A stretch of DNA of 29,783 nucleotides, taken from the NCBI GenBank assembly GCA_046758705.1, contig JBHIAT010000025.1, positions 1 to 29,783 on the forward strand. Reading direction: 5' to 3'. The stretch's first letter is position 1; each line of letters starts with the position of its first letter. The position numbers were made by a program, and so were the translations under genes. Of the stretch, positions 25,490 to 29,783 are shown piece by piece. The notes below the pieces were generated by a model. The model was not told the origin of the DNA. It was given only the letters and a program-made list of their open reading frames with translations, and did no database searches. Source of the DNA: Candidatus Bipolaricaulia bacterium (GTDB taxonomy: Bacteria > Bipolaricaulota > Bipolaricaulia > JBHIAT01).

Positions 25490-28400
25490 CTAAACGCTCT
25501 TCGCCTTCGTCAGTCGATTCTTCACCAGCGTCACTACTGCCCGGTAGACCTCCAGTTGCTCCTCCTTCGTCAAGCCTAACACATCGAAGACCACCTCATC
25601 CAGCGCCCGCCGGTCGGGAAGAACCTTATCCAAAGAAATATCCTCAGGGTTAATGTCACTGTAGTCACGACTAGGTTTAGGCAGACCTAATTCTTTAAAG
25701 ATATTCTTGATTTCTCGGTCAGCTATCTGATCAAAGGCAGTAAGCAGGGAAGTGCGTTGGGTATTCGTAAGGGCAGAGGGATGAGGGATAAGGGTTAGAG
25801 CCGCTTCATAGGTCATATTGTCTAGAGCACCCTCCCCCAGATTCACACGTCCAGTCAACTCAACCATTAGGTTCGTTATCGTGGTGTTTAGAACGCAATT
25901 AAGGACTTGTTCGAAGTTTTGGTATTCAGGATACACTGCATAAAACCTATCACTACTAAAGCACTGAGCATTATTAGACGGTACTATAAAACGATCATTA
26001 AATGCTTTAAACCAGATTGCTACAGGCAGCTTCTGCCTCCCTAAATCCCACCACCTTTGCCTGCTAGCACAGGTTGGACGCTTGTGGTAGCGCTGCCTTT
26101 CTCCCCATTCGATATATTCCAAGGCATGAGTTTTACCCTGCTCTTTCAGTTCCTCTTTGGAGAGATGACACATGAAGACCTTGTAGTGCAGATCTTCTGG
26201 ATGAACACGGATAGTCTTGATCTCACGGGGACTTTTGATGACTGGTTTGAGGAATTCAGCTTCAAGACATCCCTCCCATCCTGCACCGTTGCGAACAAAG
26301 ACGAGATCTTCAAGAGCTGATTTGCTGGTGGGCTTAAGATAGAAGAACTTGTTGGCACCGGTCTTGATCCCGAAACGCACCTCAGCAATCTCACCAAGAC
26401 GCACTAGCTTACCTTGTGCCCTTTCCAAAATAGTGAAGAAGATCTCGGGCGCGCGCAGGTATTTGCCGCCCCACTTATTGCCTATATAGCGGGTGGCCTT
26501 GACCATCCTCTTCCCCTTCTTCTTTTCATCTTCCTCCGGCAAGGTCAACCCTTCCTTATAAAGCTCGTGCTGGCCGATGGCAATGGCTCGATAGTCAGGG
26601 GTATCCTTGCGATTTCCTCTCTCCCGAGGCTGAACCTCCTCGATCTCCTCGAAGATCGCTGGATGGAGAATTTCCTCGAATGGCACTTTGAACATTACAA
26701 AGCGTGCCGTCTGATCTAACCCCCAGGCTTTCTTATCATCAGTAGGGGCAAGGAGAGCGATGATCGTGTTCACATCCGATTGAGCGAAGGAGCGCTTCGC
26801 CTCATTATCCAGGATCATCTTCACCTGACTGTGCCTGAGCAGGAACTCCTGCAGTTCTTTTCCATAGCCGACATCGAGCCATGAGTTAGAGGTGATAAAG
26901 CAGAAAGAACCCAGTTCATTGAGTAGGCTGAGACCGTGCAAGTAAAAGTAGACGTAATAATCGCTCTTGCCGTCGAGTTTGCGGAATTTATCCGTTGTGG
27001 GCTTATAGCTGAAGAATCTGGGATAGGACGCAGCGACGGAACGCTGGAGCTTTGCCTTGTATCCCTTCTTCAATCTCTTCCACTCCTCCGAGTCCTCACC
27101 GCCATGCTCCTCTGGGCGTACAGTGGGCGGGGCGATCTTCTCCTGGCGCACATAAGGTGGATTGCCGATGACGATATCGAACCCTCGCTGGTCGCCTCCA
27201 AAAATCTCCACGAAGGCGATGTCCCATACGAAGGGCACCTCTGCGGAGGAGTGTAAAGCTTGAAGCGCATCCCGCAGGCGGGACTGCTCTGTCTCCAGTT
27301 CTTCCCGTTGACGTTTCCAATCCTCTATTTTGAGTTCAAGTTGACGCGGCTCAACCCGCTCGATGCCGGAGAGGGCGAGTTGCTTTTCAGGAGACTCAAT
27401 CTTCCGGGTCAGTTCGGCAATCTCATCCTGTAAAGTCGTGGTCTTGCTCTCGAGGATCTCCTGAAACAGGTTAAATTCGGCTTGGTTGACCTCCATCTCA
27501 GAGTGGTATCTGCAGTTTGGATCATTGTTGTAAAACTTCCGCTTCTCGCCCTTGAGTTGGGTGAGTTTCCTTTTGAGGACACGGGGGATGTCTGGGTGAG
27601 CACGATGGAGGGTGAAGCTGATTCCGCCGACCTCCTGCACCAGGCTATCGCCGGGGCGAACCTTAAAGGAGAGATTGGGCAAGAGCGGACGGAACTGAAG
27701 CTTTGCCGACTCTAGCTCGGTTTCCACCACCAGCTGCAACCAGAGGCGCAGCTCGGCCACATGCACCGCCCACTCCATTACATCTACGCCGTAGAGACTC
27801 CGGCCGATGGTCTTTCGCCGTCGTTCATAGGGGGGCTCTTCAATGTCGAGCTGGCCATCAGCGCGGGCGAGGAGGTCATCGAGCAGAAGGAGCATCCCTA
27901 CGAGAAACGAGCCGGAACCACAGGCGGGGTCGAGCACCGTAATCTCACGCAACAGTTCTTCAAGCTGAGGCCAAAGGTTCTTCCGGGCTAATTGCTCATC
28001 GGCGTTCTGTTTGTCTTCCGGTTCATAGGCGAAGACAGCCTCATAGAGCAAGGACTTATAGTTCTCACCAAGCTGGTTTGTCAGGTAGTCCACTAACGCC
28101 AGGTGGCACATCAGATCGATCTCGATTCGTGGTGTGTAAAAGATGCCTGCCGTGCCACGCAGATCTTCCTCTTCAAGCCCTTCAAAGGTAATGTTGACCA
28201 GGCTTTCATAGACTCTTCCGATCATCTCTGGATCGACGGCGACCTCTTGGTCCAGGGGGGTTGTCTCAGCGATGGTGAAGTTGTAGTACTCGAAGAAACC
28301 GGGCTCGTTCCGTTCAAAGTCATGGATGAGGTCAGCGAAGATCCGATCCGGGATGTTGAACCGGTGTTTCTCGTCCAGCTCGTTACGTCTGAAGAGACCA

Positions 28401-29272
28401 CCGTTGAGAAAAGGAGCTAGTAGGAGCGTATCGTTAAGTTCAGATGGCAGGTAGGGCTTGAGAGAAAACTTATTGTTGAATGCTTCAAAAAAGAGCACCG
28501 AAACCCAATCTTTAAAGAACGTATCTTGGGGTTGCCCTGATTTATGGTAAGCCTCCCAGAAGCTCTTGATAAATTCCGGGTCTTCTCCAAGCCATCGCTT
28601 GCGTTGAATAAAGTAGAGGAACATTAATCGATTGAGGAAGTTTAGCGCATAATCATGGGACCAGACGGCATCACCGGTCTGCTGGTGCAGGTGATTCTGC
28701 AGGCGATAGAATATCTGCTTGTAACTCTCGAAGAACTTTTGAGTGACGGCTTCAACGTCGAAGGCTTCATCATGACGTTGCTGGATTGCTAGGGGAGAGG
28801 GTGAGGGAATTGTTTCCACATCGAGCATTGCCAGCCGTTCGCAGGCGGTACGGAGGCGTTCTTCCGGACCGATGGTGATGCGTCGGAACAGCCGGCGTTT
28901 GCTGTCTTTGCCGTCGTACTTGACATTGAGGAAGTGCCAACGGTCCCGGAATTCATTCGAGAAGATGAACAGGGCGTAGGGATGATCTTTCAGGAGCCGT
29001 GAGACAACAGGCCGCTCTTGACCTAGAAGCAACCGATCCGACGCCAGGCGCACGTAGATTACATAGAAGTCATTGTTCTGCCCGCCACAGGCAAACAACA
29101 CCGGGTCTTCTGCCAGAGCATTGCGTGCGCGGTCCGGCCATTCCCGGCGGGGAAGGGGCTGGTTGACGCGCTCGTAGTTCAGCTCGGACCAGAACAATTG
29201 CTTAAGCGGGTTCAGACCGCGAAGGTCCTTGAGGAGTTCAAGTACGGCCTGTTGCCGCACGAACGCAGTCAT
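25490..29272 (-). CDS. Large Eco57I-type N6-adenine DNA methyltransferase with C-terminal target recognition domain
   Basis: GIFYTP, motif I VLDPACGSGSFL, LYGVD, motif IV FDIVIGNPPYVRQE, ITSNSWL; TRD region after VRFGIKTG; RBS GGGGAGGTG. Confidence 0.9.
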   Translation of the reverse strand: MTAFVRQQAVLELLKDLRGLNPLKQLFWSELNYERVNQPLPRREWPDRARNALAEDPVLFACGGQNNDFYVIYVRLASDRLLLGQERPVVSRLLKDHPYALFIFSNEFRDRWHFLNVKYDGKDSKRRLFRRITIGPEERLRTACERLAMLDVETIPSPSPLAIQQRHDEAFDVEAVTQKFFESYKQIFYRLQNHLHQQTGDAVWSHDYALNFLNRLMFLYFIQRKRWLGEDPEFIKSFWEAYHKSGQPQDTFFKDWVSVLFFEAFNNKFSLKPYLPSELNDTLLLAPFLNGGLFRRNELDEKHRFNIPDRIFADLIHDFERNEPGFFEYYNFTIAETTPLDQEVAVDPEMIGRVYESLVNITFEGLEEEDLRGTAGIFYTPRIEIDLMCHLALVDYLTNQLGENYKSLLYEAVFAYEPEDKQNADEQLARKNLWPQLEELLREITVLDPACGSGSFLVGMLLLLDDLLARADGQLDIEEPPYERRRKTIGRSLYGVDVMEWAVHVAELRLWLQLVVETELESAKLQFRPLLPNLSFKVRPGDSLVQEVGGISFTLHRAHPDIPRVLKRKLTQLKGEKRKFYNNDPNCRYHSEMEVNQAEFNLFQEILESKTTTLQDEIAELTRKIESPEKQLALSGIERVEPRQLELKIEDWKRQREELETEQSRLRDALQALHSSAEVPFVWDIAFVEIFGGDQRGFDIVIGNPPYVRQEKIAPPTVRPEEHGGEDSEEWKRLKKGYKAKLQRSVAASYPRFFSYKPTTDKFRKLDGKSDYYVYFYLHGLSLLNELGSFCFITSNSWLDVGYGKELQEFLLRHSQVKMILDNEAKRSFAQSDVNTIIALLAPTDDKKAWGLDQTARFVMFKVPFEEILHPAIFEEIEEVQPRERGNRKDTPDYRAIAIGQHELYKEGLTLPEEDEKKKGKRMVKATRYIGNKWGGKYLRAPEIFFTILERAQGKLVRLGEIAEVRFGIKTGANKFFYLKPTSKSALEDLVFVRNGAGWEGCLEAEFLKPVIKSPREIKTIRVHPEDLHYKVFMCHLSKEELKEQGKTHALEYIEWGERQRYHKRPTCASRQRWWDLGRQKLPVAIWFKAFNDRFIVPSNNAQCFSSDRFYAVYPEYQNFEQVLNCVLNTTITNLMVELTGRVNLGEGALDNMTYEAALTLIPHPSALTNTQRTSLLTAFDQIADREIKNIFKELGLPKPSRDYSDINPEDISLDKVLPDRRALDEVVFDVLGLTKEEQLEVYRAVVTLVKNRLTKAKSV

Positions 29273-29291
29273 CCATTAAATCACCTCCCCC

Positions 29292-29783
29292 TCATCGGCC
29301 GGCGGCGAGCTTCTTCTCCAGCGCCCGCTCGACGATCGCGGGGACGAACGCGCTGATGTCTCCGCCGAAGTGCTTCACCTCGCGCACAATGCTGGAGCTC
29401 AGAAACGAATACTCATCACTGGTCATGAAAAAGACCGATTGCAGATCGGGGTGCAGCTTGCGGTTCATCGATGCCATCGAGAACTCATATTCGAAGTCGG
29501 AGATCGCCCGCAAGCCGCGGACGATCACATCGGCGTCCTGCTCCCGGGCGCAATCGATCAGCAGCCCAGCGTAACTAATCACCCGCACGTTCTCAATCCC
29601 CTCTGCCTCCAGCACCTGCTCGGTGAGCTTTTGACGCTCCTCCGGGGTGAAGAAGAACCGCTTGTTCGGGTTTGCGACGATGGCCACGATCAGCTCGGCG
29701 AAGATCTTGCGCGCCCGCTGGATGATGTCGATATGGCCGTTGGTGATCGGGTCAAAACTGCCCGGATAGATCGCTCGACTCAT
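29292..29783 (-). CDS. coaD: Phosphopantetheine adenylyltransferase
   Basis: AIYPGSFDPITNGHIDII, IVRGLRAISDFEYE, FLSSSIVREV. Confidence 0.97.
   Translation of the reverse strand: MSRAIYPGSFDPITNGHIDIIQRARKIFAELIVAIVANPNKRFFFTPEERQKLTEQVLEAEGIENVRVISYAGLLIDCAREQDADVIVRGLRAISDFEYEFSMASMNRKLHPDLQSVFFMTSDEYSFLSSSIVREVKHFGGDISAFVPAIVERALEKKLAAGR

Noticed and set aside
22474-29272. Calling the island a complete DISARM or BREX system
   Set aside because: No drmA/drmB, pglZ or brxC in the window, and the helicase is broken.

Overview
GC-rich bacterial chromosome segment. The gene content (spoVS, ppdK, several DUF3179 paralogues, an outer-membrane barrel) is compatible with a deep-branching lineage such as Ca. 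Bipolaricaulota, but that assignment is unverified inference. Left part (1-12.3 kb): TrmH/SpoU methyltransferase, Gfo/Idh/MocA oxidoreductase, PorV/PorQ-like beta-barrel, a C-terminally anchored coiled-coil protein, a short sigma-70 factor, four secreted CxxC-bearing DUF3179 paralogues arranged divergently around ccdA and a TlpA/ResA thioredoxin, and a HAD hydrolase. A GTAA-N6-TTAC operator-like motif occurs three times in this cluster's promoter regions. Middle (12.5-22.4 kb, + strand): tRNA-Thr(CGT), a DASS transporter and Usp, then a housekeeping run of polyprenyl synthase, spoVS, argS, ftsY, ppdK and lgt. Right (22.5-29.8 kb, - strand): coaD followed by a defence-like island with a 1260-aa N6-adenine DNA methyltransferase, a DUF3800 protein and a PLD-SNF2 helicase gene broken by several internal deletions. 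The strongest candidate for an uncharacterised system is a ~45-50 nt structured small RNA with a near-consensus promoter that converges on, and ends at, the DUF3800 stop codon, suggesting a protein-RNA module.
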